Assembly: GCA_964188305.1 (NCBI GenBank)
Contig: OZ076888.1
Source: Podarcis bocagei
Taxonomy: Eukaryota
Strand: one strand, 5' to 3'
Length of the DNA stretch: 64,000 bases
Notes under the pieces: model-generated
The model's input: only the letters and a program-made list of their open reading frames with translations
The model's database searches: none
Told to the model about the DNA's origin: nothing
Translations under genes and position numbers: made by a program
Shown: one piece after another, positions 1 to 13,490 of the stretch
Layout: each line of letters starts with the position of its first letter
How positions within the stretch are numbered: position 1 is the first letter of the stretch

Positions 1-1253
1 CTGCAACTTCATGATTTATAATTGGCTTAAAAAAAGGGAGAGAACTGGGTCAAGAAAGAAACACAGAAGCTGGCTCACTGAATTATTCTCAGGGAGTTGT
101 GAAAGCCTCGCAGTCTAATTCCGATGTAAAACAGAGCAGGTCAAATAGTACTCAGTGAATACATTGGATGAATGATGCTGAGATTTGTCAAATAATTTAT
201 CTGAAGGGGAGAGGGGAAAAAAATGTTTGCAACGTCTCAGGCTGCATGTAAAACTGATCAAACCTTATTCATCCAGCGTGTTCCTTGAGGGGAGGAAATG
301 GCAACTTTTCATTGGTTAATTTATTTAGGGATTATTTTTTCCTCCCCGGTACCCAGTGAGAACTAACACATTACAAATTCCTCCCACTAAAGGGGAAGTC
401 TCTCAAAAGTAATGGAGGCATAGACAGGACTAGCAACACGGGAAGTGTTTGATTATTAATATTTGCAAACAGGAGAATTGGCCCACAAAGCAGACAATTC
501 TGAACAATATGCAATGTGACATGTTTTTCTCAAAGTCAGAACTGATTATATAAATCACACCTCCATGCACCAGATGCTTTTTTGGGGGGTGGGAGGTGGG
601 GTGGGTAGGAATATGCATTTTTCCCAAAGAGTTTTTTATTTTGGGGGGGCAGCAGTGGTAAGAGCCTCCTAATCTCTTGAGCACACTCAAGCACCGGAAA
701 CAGTCAACACTCAGACAGAAGGGCCAAAGGTGAGGTTTACATAGAGAAGACAGGAAATTAACTGTGGCAGTTATCTCACCGGTCCACATTTTGCCACATC
801 ATAATCCATTGTAATGTTCGATGCACCTTTCCACCTGGGGGATTACACGCAAGCTCTATTTAAAGCAGGATTAACAAAATGAGACAGTCACTTTAAAATG
901 CCGTTTGAAAAGCAGTGCCATGCCAAACCCCCATCACATAAGCATCCTTACCACCCAAAATGACAAGAGAAAGAAATAGGAACATGCAGGCATGTATGTG
1001 TGTGTCACCGCAAATTCATTTAAATTAAGATTTTAACATTAAAAATATGTGAAGGGTCGGGTAAATGAACTGATGGCAAAATTGAGGCCAGTGGCCAAAG
1101 AAATGAGGGCAAGGCTCTTCCTTCCACCCCTTGGATTGATTCCCCCCCCCAAAAAAATATAAAGCTGTGCACCTTAAGTAAATAGAATATGTTTTGTCCT
1201 GGATTCCAGCGGTGCAGTTAGATAATTGCAGATTGAATTTAATCATCTTATGA

Positions 1254-1257
<4 letters not shown>

Positions 1258-1283
<26 letters not shown>
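1258..1283. repeat. (TG)n microsatellite
   Basis: Direct dinucleotide run. Confidence 0.95.
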
Positions 1284-1288
<5 letters not shown>

Positions 1289-1303
1289 TAGATAGTAATA
1301 TGA

Positions 1304-1420
1304 AGGGCCATCGCTCAAGTGGTAGAGCATCTGCTTTGTAGGTTCAATACCCAGGATCTCCATTGTCGGAAACCCTGGAGAGCTTCTGCTAGTGAGTGAA
1401 ACAAGCTGGCTTCAGAAACC
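1304..1420 (+). mobile_element. Degenerate tRNA-headed SINE fragment
   Basis: GGGCCATCGCTCAAGTGGTAGAGCATCTGCTTTG (A-box-like) then GGTTCAATACCC (B-box-like); a related copy lies near 18159-18330. Confidence 0.55.
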
Positions 1421-1538
1421 ATGGTTTGAAGTTGTTTTATTTAGAAACTGGGTTCACATGCCAGAGGGATGAGCCAGGTTGCATGCAAAGCAAAACTAAG
1501 CTCTGCTAAAGCCTCCCCCCTGGCAAGGTGGGAAGAGG

Positions 1539-1543
<5 letters not shown>

Positions 1544-1604
<61 letters not shown>
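1544..1604. repeat. Compound (TG)n(AG)n microsatellite
   Basis: Direct; explains ORFs 1441..1644 and 1469..1678. Confidence 0.95.
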
Positions 1605-1954
1605 CACTAAAGACTGACAGCAGTTTCGTTCTATCTGTGTGCATAGCACTAAACCAGAGTGAGGAGCCTTTTCCTTAAGACTCATGGGAAAAGTCTTCTG
1701 AGCTGATGGAGGATGGAGCTAGAACCAAAAGTGAAAGGGTTTTGCATCATTGCAAGAGCTCTCTCATTCCTTCTCTGTCCCTTCGCCGCTCTCTGTGCCA
1801 CCCAGTGCCTCTTTCCATTCTGCGTGAGCATCCGTGACCTTAGTACATCACAGTCTAGGTGGGTATATCAACATCAATATCCTGTTTTGTCTACATTATG
1901 AATCGACCAATTAGACTATCAGCCCTACTGGTAACAGTTGTGATCTTTGTGAAG

Positions 1955-2046
1955 AATTATTACGATTGCCGCCACCACCCATATACAAGGCGCTTTACAG
2001 AGAAAGTGAGGGCTGCTCCCTGCCCCAAGGGGCTCACAATCTAGAA
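1955..2046 (-). mobile_element. Old L2-type 3'-end fragment
   Basis: TCCCTGCCCCAAGGGGCTCACAATCTAG resembles the conserved reverse-strand L2 3' motif. Confidence 0.5.
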
Positions 2047-3624
2047 AACAACATATTGAGCCAACTACTAAATAGCACCAATTGACTCTTTCCTGCTGAG
2101 TTCTTCTCATCTTGTTAATATTCTCCCATTTGTTCTGTTAATTAAGGCAGATTGGTTTCTATATTTATTACCTCTAGGTGGCAGCAGGGATCAAACCAAG
2201 GTACACTGTTTTCCCCTGCTGGTAAAACTACCCTGTTCAAATTCAGCGATGGAGATTTGGCAGCAATTTGCAGAGCTGCTTGTAGAAAAGGTCTGTGGCG
2301 GATGTATGGACTGCATCCATAGAATCGGATTGCTCCCAACCGTTGCTTTTATTGCACATAGTGGTACCTTTCTCATCACTCAGCTTACATGGGCATCCAG
2401 CAGGAATGAAACAATTTTAGACATTTTGCTTCTAACTAACAGAGCCCGCCATATTGCAATGACAAGATGGCGTGTTAGATTCATGTTGTTATCCAGACTT
2501 GCCACTCAAAAGCATGGCTGCAAATGGATTCACGATATTGATTGTATTGCAGATGGGTTCCAAGACGATATGGATTCCGAGAGCTGTTTTACACATTACA
2601 TTTTCCTATTTGCAGATAATCCTTGAGTGAGTGGTGGGAGAGAGAAAAGAAACTCTTCAGACATCTGTCATGCTCGGATGCTTGCGCATTGACTTTGTCA
2701 GTGGGTGGTTTGACTCAGGGAATAAATGAGGAAAGTTAAAAAAGTGTACTGGAGAATCTCCAAACTCCTGATTCTGGTTTCTTCCTCAACCTCTATACAG
2801 TGCGTGGAAATTGACGACGTCAGTTCCTGAGCAGCCTCCATTCTTACTGGTTTTATTTCTCAGCGAAACTTTAAAAGAGAGAGGGGGAAATATGCACTTG
2901 ACTGAAAGGAGCACTTCTAGATTTGGGTGAAGAAAAGGGAGACAATGGGCATGAAGCCGTCAAGTGATTCTAATTGTGAAATGAAATTCAAATCTGTGAA
3001 AAAATGCATGGGATTGGGCCACACGTCTGCACACTTAACAGGGAAATCCTATAAATGCCTTTTCAGAAATAAGCCTTTAGATGAATGGTCTTACTGCTCT
3101 GCAATTGTGAACTTAATTTCCTTCTGATTAAACATGCATAGTATTGCGTGGCACAACAAAGAGAAACACAGGTAAAGGTAAAAAAGCAACAACGTTTAAC
3201 TATCATCCACAGTTTAGTCTTCACCAAGCGTGAAAAAAGTAAACGGAGTGAACAAATCTGAGTGAAAAATTCACACTGAATAATTTACCCATCTATTTAT
3301 GAATTAATTGGTTGCAAGATACCTTGTGATTTATTTATTTTTTGCAGTTTAATTTTACATCACAACGATCAGTGATATGAATCCCTCTGCATATCCTGCC
3401 AAGCAGTGACTTATTTGACTGTTCCTATTGTGATCCGCAGGATAATTTTAGAACCCCATTTATCCCATTGGCTTCATTCATCAGATTAGCACACTCAGAT
3501 ACATGCCTACTGGTATAATATCTGAGGGCGAATGATACATGGATGCCTATATCAGGGATTTTTGGCAGAGTGTCTAATGTGCTAGGCAAATTTTGCTCCA
3601 TTCTTCACCTTCTCATTTACAATT

Positions 3625-4025
3625 CATAGGAAGCTGCCCTATACAGAGTCAGACCATTGGCCAATTTAGTATTTCCTATATCGACTGGCAATGGCCCTCA
3701 CAGGATTTCAGGTGGTGTTTTCTCCCAGGCCTATCTGCAGATGCTAGGGATACAGTGGTACCTTGGGTTAAGTACTTAATTCGTTCTGGAGGTCTGTTCT
3801 TAACCTGAAACTGTTCTTAACCTGAAGCACCACTTTAGCTAGTGGGGCCTCCTGCTGCCACCACGCTGCCAGAGCACGATTTCTGTTCTCATCCTGAAGC
3901 AAAGTTCTTAACCCGAGGTACTATTTCTGGGTTAGCGGAGTCTGTAACCTGAAGCGTATGTAACCTGAGGTACCACCGTAGAACCTGGGACCTTCTGCAG
4001 GCAAACTACCACTGAGCTATGGCTC
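3625..4025 (-). mobile_element. tRNA-headed SINE interrupted by a Tc1/mariner MITE
   Basis: CATAGGAAGCTGCC..AGTCAGACCATTGG tail (recurs near 12475, 24220, 33660, 36434); head GAACCTGGGACCTTCTGC..CTACCACTGAGCTATGGC resumes after the MITE. Confidence 0.65.
3753..3978. mobile_element. Tc1/mariner (Tigger-like) MITE
   Basis: TIR CAGTGGTACCT..AGGTACCACCG flanked by TA on both sides; inverted copy of 5676-5893. Confidence 0.9.
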
Positions 4026-5614
4026 TTGGCCCTTGAGTGGGAGCCACCAGGAACCAAGCAAACCTCTGTGTAGCAGTGTCCAGTCATCTCACATGGATGG
4101 ATCCACTCTAGATTCAGTTTCTTGGTCATGACAGCATGTGACAAAGAGCCCAGAAGCTGGTTCTTATTGAGATATTATCATGTTGATCCTGTGATCAGCA
4201 AGGCATGCAGAAATCTTGGATCACCAGATAAGATGGATTTTCAGCACAATCCTAACCATGCAGACATAGAGATAAGCCCTAATGAATTCAGCAGCGCTTA
4301 ACATCTGAGTAGGCATGGTTGGGAGTGCACTGTTATTATGGAACAATGTGGTGCAGGCTGGCCAAGAAAGAATGACCGTCTCATAGACTTGAATGTAAAC
4401 AAGGGTCTCTAGGATGACACTTACCCTGTGCCATGATATCTGTTGCCTTCTGGCATTGCAAGAGATTGGGGGGGGGGGGAGAAAACCCAGGTTCCCTATT
4501 CCCACCCATCCTTTTTTTTGCTCGTGTTATATAATCATTTGAACGAAATCACCCTTGCATGAAAGCTGGAAGAACCTGTCTATTTGGGGCCTGCAGAACA
4601 GACTTTTGACATACTCCAGACATCCAGCCAAATAGATGTTTAGGAGGGATTTAGTCCAGAGGCATCAGCCTCAAGCTCATGTTCAAAGTTGTGTGAGCTG
4701 CATAGTGTGTATATCTGTTCTCAGTTACGCCGGAGTGAACTTGGCTGGCAGAGTGCCACTGCCTTCAGTAATCTCCCCCGTCTCTGAAGCTTTAGATCAG
4801 AACACATGCCTTGTCCTCCGACGAATAGCATGTCTTCAATTACCTCTCAGGGCTTTGATGCACCTTGGCCTTGGCATTGCTTTGAAGCATTTTCCTCCTC
4901 TCACTGCTCAGGCGTAGCTCCCATTAGTGTTTCCAGGGAGCAGTAAAACTGTAGTGCTTGCAAGAAAATTGCTGGTTTGAAGAATTAAATGAAAGAAGAC
5001 CACATCTTTGCTTTACTTTTCCTAGCAAGGAGATTCATGAGGCAGACAGGTGAGTAGATGGAAACTCGCAGTCTTTTTATCACATTGATGGCTTGAATGG
5101 ATTTTGTTTCTTGGAGTATCTTTTAAGACTTTAATTAAATCAGGAGACGCGCTCTCCTCCAACCAGCCGCCCGCTGCTTATCTGCCTCTTAGGGCCTTGA
5201 TTCATTACGCTGTATTATTTTTCTCTCTCTCCATCCCAGAGTAATCTTTAAAGACCGCAAATGGAAAGACTAAACTTTCAAGGAATAAGCTAAGAAATAA
5301 ACATAGGCATTGTTGTTTTCGTGCAGATGTTTGCAGGCTCGTGTTGGATGATCCCCCAAACAAGATGTCGCTCAGGGTGAGCCATTGCTGCTTCCGCTCC
5401 TTTTCCAAAGCACCCTTTCTAAGAGCACCTCTGACAGTTTTGGTTCTCTGCCACAATCTGGACCACATTCTGCTTTGTAATAAAATCTGACAATGGGAGG
5501 GGGAAGGGCTGCTTTAGGTCGTCCTTAGACACTGCAGTTGCTTGAGAGGCAGGAGAAGATATTTTTCTCTGCAAAGTGGCAGAGAACGTGCCATGTAATA
5601 CTTGTTTTCTGTTC

Positions 5615-6125
5615 ATAATAAATACAAACTTTGGAATTCCCTGCCTATTTACACCATGCAGGTGCCTTCACTGTACAGTGGTACCTCGGGTTACAGACGC
5701 TTCAGGTTACAGACTCTGCTAATCCAGAAATCATACCTCGGGTTAAGAACTTTGCTTCAGGATGAGAACAGAAATCGCACGGTGGCAGCAGTGGGAGGTC
5801 CCATTAGCTAAAGTGGTACCTCAGGTTAAGAACAGTTTCAGGTTAAGAACGGACCTCCAGAACAAATTAAGTTCTTAACCCGAGGTACCACTGTATTTCC
5901 CTCCTGGCACTTGCTAAAAAGCATCTTTGTTTAGGCAAGCCTATCTACATGCATAAAATCTTGAGATGTGTTGTCATCTGGTTTTTAGCTTATTGTTGAT
6001 TTTAAATTTTTTTTAAAAAGTTTTAAATAGTTACTTTTAGCTATTATGACTGATAATTTTATTGTTTTATTCTTTTTGCAAACTGCTTCGAGGTTTACAA
6101 TCAAGTGGTATATAAATCTTGTGAA
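5615..6125 (+). mobile_element. Degenerate L2 3' end interrupted by a MITE
   Basis: KLWNSLP motif (AAACTTTGGAATTCCCTGCC) before the MITE, L2-like terminus after it, followed by a (GATA)n run. Confidence 0.55.
5676..5893. mobile_element. Tc1/mariner (Tigger-like) MITE
   Basis: TA|CAGTGGTACCTCGGGTTA...TAACCCGAGGTACCACTG|TA: perfect TIR and TA TSD. Confidence 0.92.
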
Positions 6126-6499
6126 ATAGATAGATGATAGATAGATAGATAGATAGATAGGGGGGAGTTTGCTCTGAAATCCAAGTTGGCTCTGGAGTCT
6201 GCATGAATCTATTTATGTATTACATCAACTCCTGAGTTCCACATGTGGCCACAGAGGCATAATATCAGAGATCAGAGATCTTCAGTTTGTAGCTCATTGC
6301 ATGCCTCGTGGGATATTGCACTGTGGCTCTGCTCCCTTTAATTGCTTCAGGGGAAATTGGCCAAAAACCACCGAGTCCCAACTTGGGTTAAAATAAAGCA
6401 GTTTGTTTAAATGCATAGCCAAAATGGCAGTCCACAGAATAAAGTGTTTTGGTGGCTTGAAGCGCTGAAGGCAATGTTAAACGATAATATGACGGTCTG

Positions 6500-6860
6500 T
6501 TGCTGGTTGCCTTCCTGTGCACACGTCCCAGCTTGTCCATATCCTTCTTAAAACGTGGTGCCCTGAACCAGACACAGTGGTCCAGTTGTGGTCTGGCCAA
6601 GGCAGAATAAAGTGGTACTATTAATTCCCTGGATCTGGACACTATGATTTCTGTTGATGCCAGTGGCGTAGCGTGGGTTGTCAGCACCCGGGGCAAGGCA
6701 AGTAATTTGCGCTCCCTAACCCGTGGATTTGCGCTCCCTAACCCGTGGATTTGTGCCCCCTAACCCTAACCCCCAGATGCTGCGCCCGGTGCGGCCGGCC
6801 CCCCCTGCACCCCCCACGCTACGCCACTGGTTGATGCAGCCTAGAATTACATTAGTTTCC
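6500..6860 (-). mobile_element. CR1 LINE ORF2 fragment interrupted by a hAT MITE
   Basis: Translation [45 protein letters not shown] is homologous to the CR1 ORF at 28.8 kb. Confidence 0.85.
6661..6829 (+). mobile_element. hAT-type MITE with CCCTAA motifs, copy 1 (169 bp)
   Basis: 17-bp TIR CAGTGGCGTAGCGTGGG; perfect 8-bp TSD GTTGATGC (6653-6660, 6830-6837). Confidence 0.95.
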
Positions 6861-9099
6861 CTTCTAACTCTGAGTCCTGGACCTCATTTCCTTGAAGAAG
6901 GGGGAGCTGACCTCAGGGCATCTTGTCCATGCCCCCTGCTGCCAAAATAATAATAATCAGGATCTGAGAGTGTGCCTGTATGTACTCCCCCTAAATCTCC
7001 CCATCCCTTTGCTCATTCCTTCTGTCTCTTCTCACAGCATTCAGCCCATTGCTCCATGTACTTAAACTCCTTCTCCAGTTCGGCACTCATTTATTTATAG
7101 GCAGTATATTTGTGATCTATAAAGTGTAAGTACATCCCTAACCCATCCAATCATGCTTCATCACTGCAAAGAAGTCTCTGGTTGGTGCATTGCTGACCCT
7201 TGAGAAGTGCCACTCAACTCGACTTCTTTGTTTCTCTGCCTCCCCCCCCCCAACCCCCTGGTAAGATGCTACCTAATAAATTTCTTGCAGTGGAAAGGAA
7301 GAAGTATCTAATCTTTCTGCTCACTAGATTTAGTTACACCATTAGCTGGATCTTTCTCATAAAAGTAATTTTTTAATTTGTAAATGTATCTGAGTGGTTT
7401 TTATAGAAGACTGTCAGGAAATGATAAAATGCCATCAACAGATTTATATAAAAGGGATTTAGTGTTGGCTATCCTCCCTCTCCTTTCTGCAATCCCTGCC
7501 ATTGTGAGCTGGAGCTGTTCGTAGCTAAAACATGTCCAGAGAGCAAGAGTTCCAGGGCCAGCACTCAGGCCTTTAATTTTACTTTTACAAGACAGGTTTA
7601 CAATGTCAAGAAGGATGGGAGAGCTGGAAGCGCTGTCTGCTTCGCTCTGGTCCATGTTCTGCTTCGGATCACACCCAAACAACAAGAGGCAGAAAAACAA
7701 GATGAAGGTCCTTTTTGAAAAGCTTCAGGAAACAAACCCATCTTTTAAATTCAGGAGTGGCAGGGAAAAAGTGGCCCAGCTGTTCTGTGCTAGCATCATG
7801 CAACGTGATCTGGGATAATGAGAGAAGTTTGGTAGAAAATTCTCGAAGATACAGCAGGCTTGGCAGTTGTATGTTTATTAACAAAAAGGGTTTTCTATAT
7901 AAGATAAAACAAAAGCCAAGAGGTCTTTGAGATGGTACTGTAGCATCTTTCTCCCTCAAAATCAGCATTCATTTAAGCAGCACAGGACACTTTCCTTGCA
8001 TAATTTCCCATTGTCTAAAAAAAGTTAACCATTGTGCACCAAAAAAGCGCCAATGAACAGAGGCTTCTTTCCAAATTCTCCATGTATATCCATCTAATAA
8101 GTATTGTTTCCATCCTCAGTGTGTCAAATCCTGGTGTTGGAAGCTGAACTAGTTGTGCCTTATGTCGTGATTTCCTTGCCAGCTTTGCCAGCGTGAATGT
8201 CTCAGTGTTATCAGCCTGTCTCAGTAAAAACTGCCTTTGATTATGGATGGTGCTTTTAAATAACTGGCCTTCTCTTTAGTAAAGAAAACAAGCAGCTATC
8301 AGGAAAGGAGAATCTGATCACTGCAGAGGTCATATGCACCCTGCGTGCCCATGAGTGTTGCTATTTAAACTTGGGCATTTTTATAGCGAAGTTCAAAAAG
8401 CAAGTGTGAGTTGGAGTGCAAGTGCAGGCCTCAGGTTCCATACTTTCAACAGGATTATTAATTGCATATCATAACATTTGCCTTCCATGTAATAGCATCC
8501 CTTGGCTAACACTGACCCCAGGAGAAACATTTGTTTCTTTCTCCACAAAACATTGCTCCGTTTTCTTCTCCAAACCCTTCATTTCAATGTATTTTGTCAC
8601 TGGGGGACACTTCCTATTTCAATTTTCCTGATGCAGAAAGTAAATTACACCTGAAACCTGCAGGGGTGATAATCATCTGTTGATTGCTAGGAGGCAGCAC
8701 AGGAACCATGCATACTTGCAGCAAATCACACATGTATAGGTTAGTCACACGTGATGGTCGACGAGCCACCTTCACAGATTTACCTTCCCGTGGCAAAACT
8801 CCCAACTCACGATCCAGCCTTGATTGCTCTGCATTTCATGGCCATTTCAGACTGCTTTAATTCTGGGAATTGGGATCTATTTTAATGCTTCCAATTTCCA
8901 CCACCGAGATATGTGGGCTACTCCAGCTTCCACTGATCCCTGCGCCTCAAAGGGTCTGTCATGGGTTGGGTAAGTGTCTACAGCTGGCTTCCCATGCTTA
9001 CTACAGAGTGTCCTAGAGGGACAGTACGCTGTGAACACCTGACAGGGTGTCCGTAGACGAGGGTGAAAATAATGTTCTCTGCTGCCTGGTGGGCAGGAG

Positions 9100-9270
9100 T
9101 TGACCCAGTGGGCTTAAGTTATAGGGAGGTAGAGTCTGGTTGAATATTAGGAGGGACTTCTCAATGGTAAGAGAAATTCAACAGTGGAAGTGATGCCCTA
9201 GAGGGCTGTTGTGGTCTCCTTCACTGGAGGTCTTCAGGCAAAGGCTGGACAAATTATAATGGAGATACTC
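9100..9270 (+). mobile_element. Old CR1 3' fragment
   Basis: Diverged match to the CR1 3' region at 29140-29300 (TGAATATTAGGAGGGACTTCTC; TCTCCTTCACTGGAGGTCTTCAGGCAAAGGCTGGAC). Confidence 0.7.
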
Positions 9271-10277
9271 CAGCTCTTATCCTGTTCTGCGGTTCTCCCA
9301 GGACAAGGCAACACACAGAATCAGCTAAGGATCTTTAAGCAGATCAGGACCCTAGACAGCTCCTAGTGGGCCCTGCCCACTAAAGTTTGGAAGATGCTGT
9401 CTCACCCAGGATAATAATGTGCGTGGCCTTGGGTACTATGGCTATACACCTTGACTTGAGGTGGGATGGGATGTCATTTGCTGCTCCACCTCAAGAAGCA
9501 AAACATCTTGGGTTGGCCCTGAATTTTGCTCTCATTTTGGTCATGACTTGAGCCCAGGATGTGCTGTAGGTTTCTCTGGAATATACTTGAAGTTTGACAC
9601 TCTCACAAATGCAGCCTGGAAAGCTTTCTGATAATCAGGGGTGGGAAGGGAGAAAGTCAAGAGGACATCATTTGTAAAAGGGCTCTGGATGAGAAATGAA
9701 TATCCTTTCTCCTGACTTGCTATCTCCTTGGGCTTGTTCAGATTGCTCCCTTGCATTATGTCTCCCAGTCAACCAGCCGGAATCTCTGCTATTATCTCCA
9801 GTCTTCACCATTTGTATAACTGACACTGTTTCCCTATCCCTCCCCACTCATCTGGAATGAGGACACTAAAGCCCTGAGATCCAATTTATTGACAAGAAAT
9901 CCCTGTATTGTCTGTGGCTGGGAGGTAGTGGAAACACATTCCTGCTAGTTAAGAGGACTTTTACAGCTTCAGAGTCTGGGGAGAGAAGTTGCCAGTCATT
10001 ACCTGTTGTCTTAAAAGATGGGCTCCCATTTGGCTAGGTTCCTGAAATATCACTGTTTGTAAGAAAGAGTAAGAAGAAGTGGACCCTGCAACAGAACAAG
10101 AGGGCTCATGTTCAGATTTCCAGAACTATTGAGTATCTTCATGTCTACTGCAGCAGGCAATTTTTGTTTCTTGCTAATGAGATCTTGACATTCCTCCCCC
10201 TTGGGAAAAAATAACCTGCTTACGAAAAAACGTGCTACTAAGAAAAAAATACCCACATCTTCACACAGCATCAGCAC

Positions 10278-10415
10278 CAGATGTGGGAAACCTTAGGTGA
10301 TCCAGATGTCACTAAACTACAGTTCCCATCAGCCTCAGCAGGCACGGGCCAATCACCAGGGATGGTGGATGTTTCAGGCTAGCAACATCTGGAGGAACAA
10401 AGGTTCCTCACATCA
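10278..10415. mobile_element. Palindromic ~135-bp MITE (ACTACAACTCCCATC family)
   Basis: CCAGATG..ACTACAGTTCCCATC..CATCTGGAGG hairpin architecture. Confidence 0.7.
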
Positions 10416-12534
10416 GATCTACGCAAACTGGAGGAAAGCTATTTTTTAAAATAGATTTTTTTTTTACAGCAGCTGAGCAACCATTTCCCCTCCCCTATTC
10501 ATAATGCTTTATTTGCCACTATTGAAACCATTGGTTAGACAGGCTGTTGTTCATAGCTCCTCCAGGCAACTAACCTATGCACACTTTTGAGGTTTTTAAA
10601 GACTTGCAGATGCCAGTCTCAGAAGCAACACCTGTTGAACCCAGCCAGGTGGTCCACCTGGGGTGTGGGAAGCTGGCTCCTTTCTTGCGTGAGCAACATT
10701 TTTCTGGGTCCAAAGAGTTAGCGGTGACCTACATACACGCCCAATTATAAAGCACACATCACTTCACAAGCTAGAAACCGGTGGATTGGGCTTGGAGTGG
10801 TAATATGCCAAGATGAAAAATGGCCAACGGAGCATTTTTTCGAGAGAATGTCAGACCCTGGAGAGTTCAACTGATGTGGGAGTACTACTAGGGAGTTCAC
10901 AGGAGAAATGCTGTCATATTAAGCCAAGTGCCTATTTATTTGCCATCAAAGTGAAGGATGTGGCTGGTTTGGTGGTAAAGCAAAAGCAACCTGCCCTATA
11001 TATTGAAAGGGCCCAATATTAAGAAATAGGAAAGTGTGAGACTGGCTCTATGGGGTTTCAAAGCTATTTTACTCTCCTTGTCTAGCAGGGAATTGAAATT
11101 ATCGTAAAAGATTCATTGGATGCAGATGTTTCACCTTTAACATCTGCCCTCTGACACTTCCATTTCTCATTGATAGACAATGCTCCAGAGAGTGTTTCTG
11201 TTGAAATATTTGGTCAATTAGCCTAGGATAACTATATCTATCAATCTACCACACTGAGTTCTAAAAAAAAATTCTGGAAGGAGAAAAAGCGACAAGATAT
11301 TTTTGGGCAATGTGGGTTGTATTCAACAAAACCATCCCATTTGCACAAGGATTTTTGCTTGTGCAACAGAACTTCTTCTCCCCTGTACTTTCCCTGTGTG
11401 AACCCCAAATCTATTCTGGGGGTTCCCCCAAAACCTCTGGAACTGGATTTTGGCTGTGTGTGGGGTGCATGGGGATCAGAGAGGGAGAGGACGTTTTGTT
11501 GCATAAGTGAAGTTCCTTGAGCAAACAGGACAGTTTCACTGGATGCAACAAGTCCTTAGTTTGATTTATGAAATGTCATTGGCCTCACCTGTTTTGCATA
11601 GGTCTTCTCCCATTGTATCAGCCACTAGGCTATCCAAGATCAAATTCAGAAGTCTTCATAATTCCATAGTTTAACTAAGCACTGACTGAATGAGTGCTTT
11701 CTTTGGTCTGCCCCGTATCCTTCTGTGCCTCCCTCCTAGCTCTTTGCACATCTGGACAGAAGCAGGAGCATCCATGGGCCTAGCTCTACCACTGAACCAA
11801 GGCCAATGGGATTTATTGGTATAACTCATGTCAACAGAGCTGCTGTAATTCTGAGACTCTGGCAAATAGCACAATTTTTTATTTATTTTAAAAAATGTCA
11901 ATTGATCTGCTTTAGAGTTTTACAAAGAGAGGAGTGTTGGGCAGCAGCTGTTGCTGCCTCCACTGTAGGGTTAGTCTAAAACAGGATCAAATATGTTTCC
12001 TGCCATAGCTGCCGCTCACATGCCATTTGTCTTCCTAAACCATAAACCTTCTATTATAGACAATGAGTGAAGAAAGATGTAACACCAAAGGGAAATCAGA
12101 GCAGGTCCCCTCTACCTTCCCAATTCACATGGTAATTGTGGATCCCATCAAGCTGAAATCTGGGTCAGTTACATCACACTTCAGGTGAACTGTCCATCTT
12201 TAAACAAAGCATTTAAGTGTCTGACTTATATCTTACTCTTTCAGTGTTTTTAATGGGATGCATTTTCAAAACAGTGGTCAAACTGCTCCAGGTTTTCGAG
12301 TGGCGGGTGAAAGGAGGAAAATGGCTTTCGTGATACCAGGGTTGTTGTTGTTTTGCTGCAAATGTGCTGAGCTGGCTTTCGCTATGGTGTGGGAAAAGGC
12401 ACATTTGGATTGAATGTGGCATGAGCACTTCCCAAAGCCCCAGCTTTGCATGAACGCTAAATTAAAGGGACAAAGGAAGCTGCCTTGGTCCCAGTCAGAC
12501 CACCAATCTTAGTATCCATTTACTGACTGGCAGC

Positions 12535-12865
12535 AGGGCTGAGGATCCTTTTTCCACTCGAGTGCCATATTCTCTTCTACGCAACCTCCAGGGGGTCATG
12601 TGCCAGTGGTGGGCATGGCCAGAAGCAAAATGGGCGGAGCAACAAATGTTAATTTCCCACCTGGTTCAGTAGGCTTGTTTCCGTACATACTCACATGTCC
12701 CCTTTGCCCTCTATCCAGGCAAAAAATAAGCATTGTCAGAATTCAAGGACGCATTGCAGCCAGGCATAAACAATGAAGAAGGATGACGAGTAGAACCAAT
12801 GAAGTGTGTGGCCTGAGGAGAGTCCAGAGGACTGCATAAAGAGGTCTGAAGGTCCTGAGCTTAGG
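12535..12865. mobile_element. Degenerate hAT-like DNA transposon remnant
   Basis: Partial similarity to 20134-20400 and 30330-30490; termini decayed. Confidence 0.4.
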
Positions 12866-12887
12866 CTTTCAGACAGGGGGCATTCCC

Positions 12888-13125
12888 AGCCAGTGTGGTG
12901 TAGTGGTTAGGAGCGGTAGATTCGTAATCTGGGGAACCGAGTTCGCATCGCCGCTCCTCCACATGCAGCTGCTGGGTGACCTTGGGCTAGTCACACTTCT
13001 CTTAGCCTCCCTCACCTCACAGAGTGTTTGTTGTGGGGGAGGAGGGGAAAGGAGAATGTTAGCCACTTTGAGACTCCTCAGGCTAGTGATAAATTAGCGG
13101 GATATCAAATCCAAACTCTTCTTCT
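12888..13125 (+). mobile_element. Squam3-like CORE-SINE
   Basis: tRNA head AGCCAGTGTGGTGTAGTGG, CORE-like GCTGGGTGACCTTGGGCTAGTCAC, (CTT)n tail; near-identical to the reverse copy at 27853-28107. Confidence 0.85.
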
Positions 13126-13151
13126 CCTTGGGGATCCCAGGGATTGAACCT

Positions 13152-13490
13152 CAGACCCTCCAAGTGTCCCTATTTTCCAGGGACATCCCTGTTTTAGAGA
13201 AGCCATCCCGGTTTCTGACTTGATCCCAGAATGTCCTGCTTTTCCTTAGGATGTCCCTATTTCCACTGGAGAAATGTTGGGGGTTATGGAGTTATCCAAC
13301 CCCCGAGCTGTCTGAAGGCAATCCTGTATAGGGAAGTTTTTAAAAAATGTTTAATGTTTTATTATGTTTTTATATATGTTGGAAGTTGCCCAGAGTGCTG
13401 GGGCAACCCAATAAGATGTGTAAAATAGTAAAATTATCATTATGGAATGGGACGTACCTATTTTTATTGGAGGAATGTTGGAGGGTATGG
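13152..13490. mobile_element. hAT (Blackjack-like) non-autonomous element containing an L2 tail fragment
   Basis: ACCCTCCAAG..TTGGAGGGTATG inverted ends, repeated TGTCCC motifs; L2 3'UTR piece at about 13325-13440. Confidence 0.55.

Noticed and set aside
6714-6775. Short direct repeats as a CRISPR-like array or true interstitial telomere
   Set aside because: No unique spacers, eukaryotic context; they are internal to a TIR/TSD-bounded MITE
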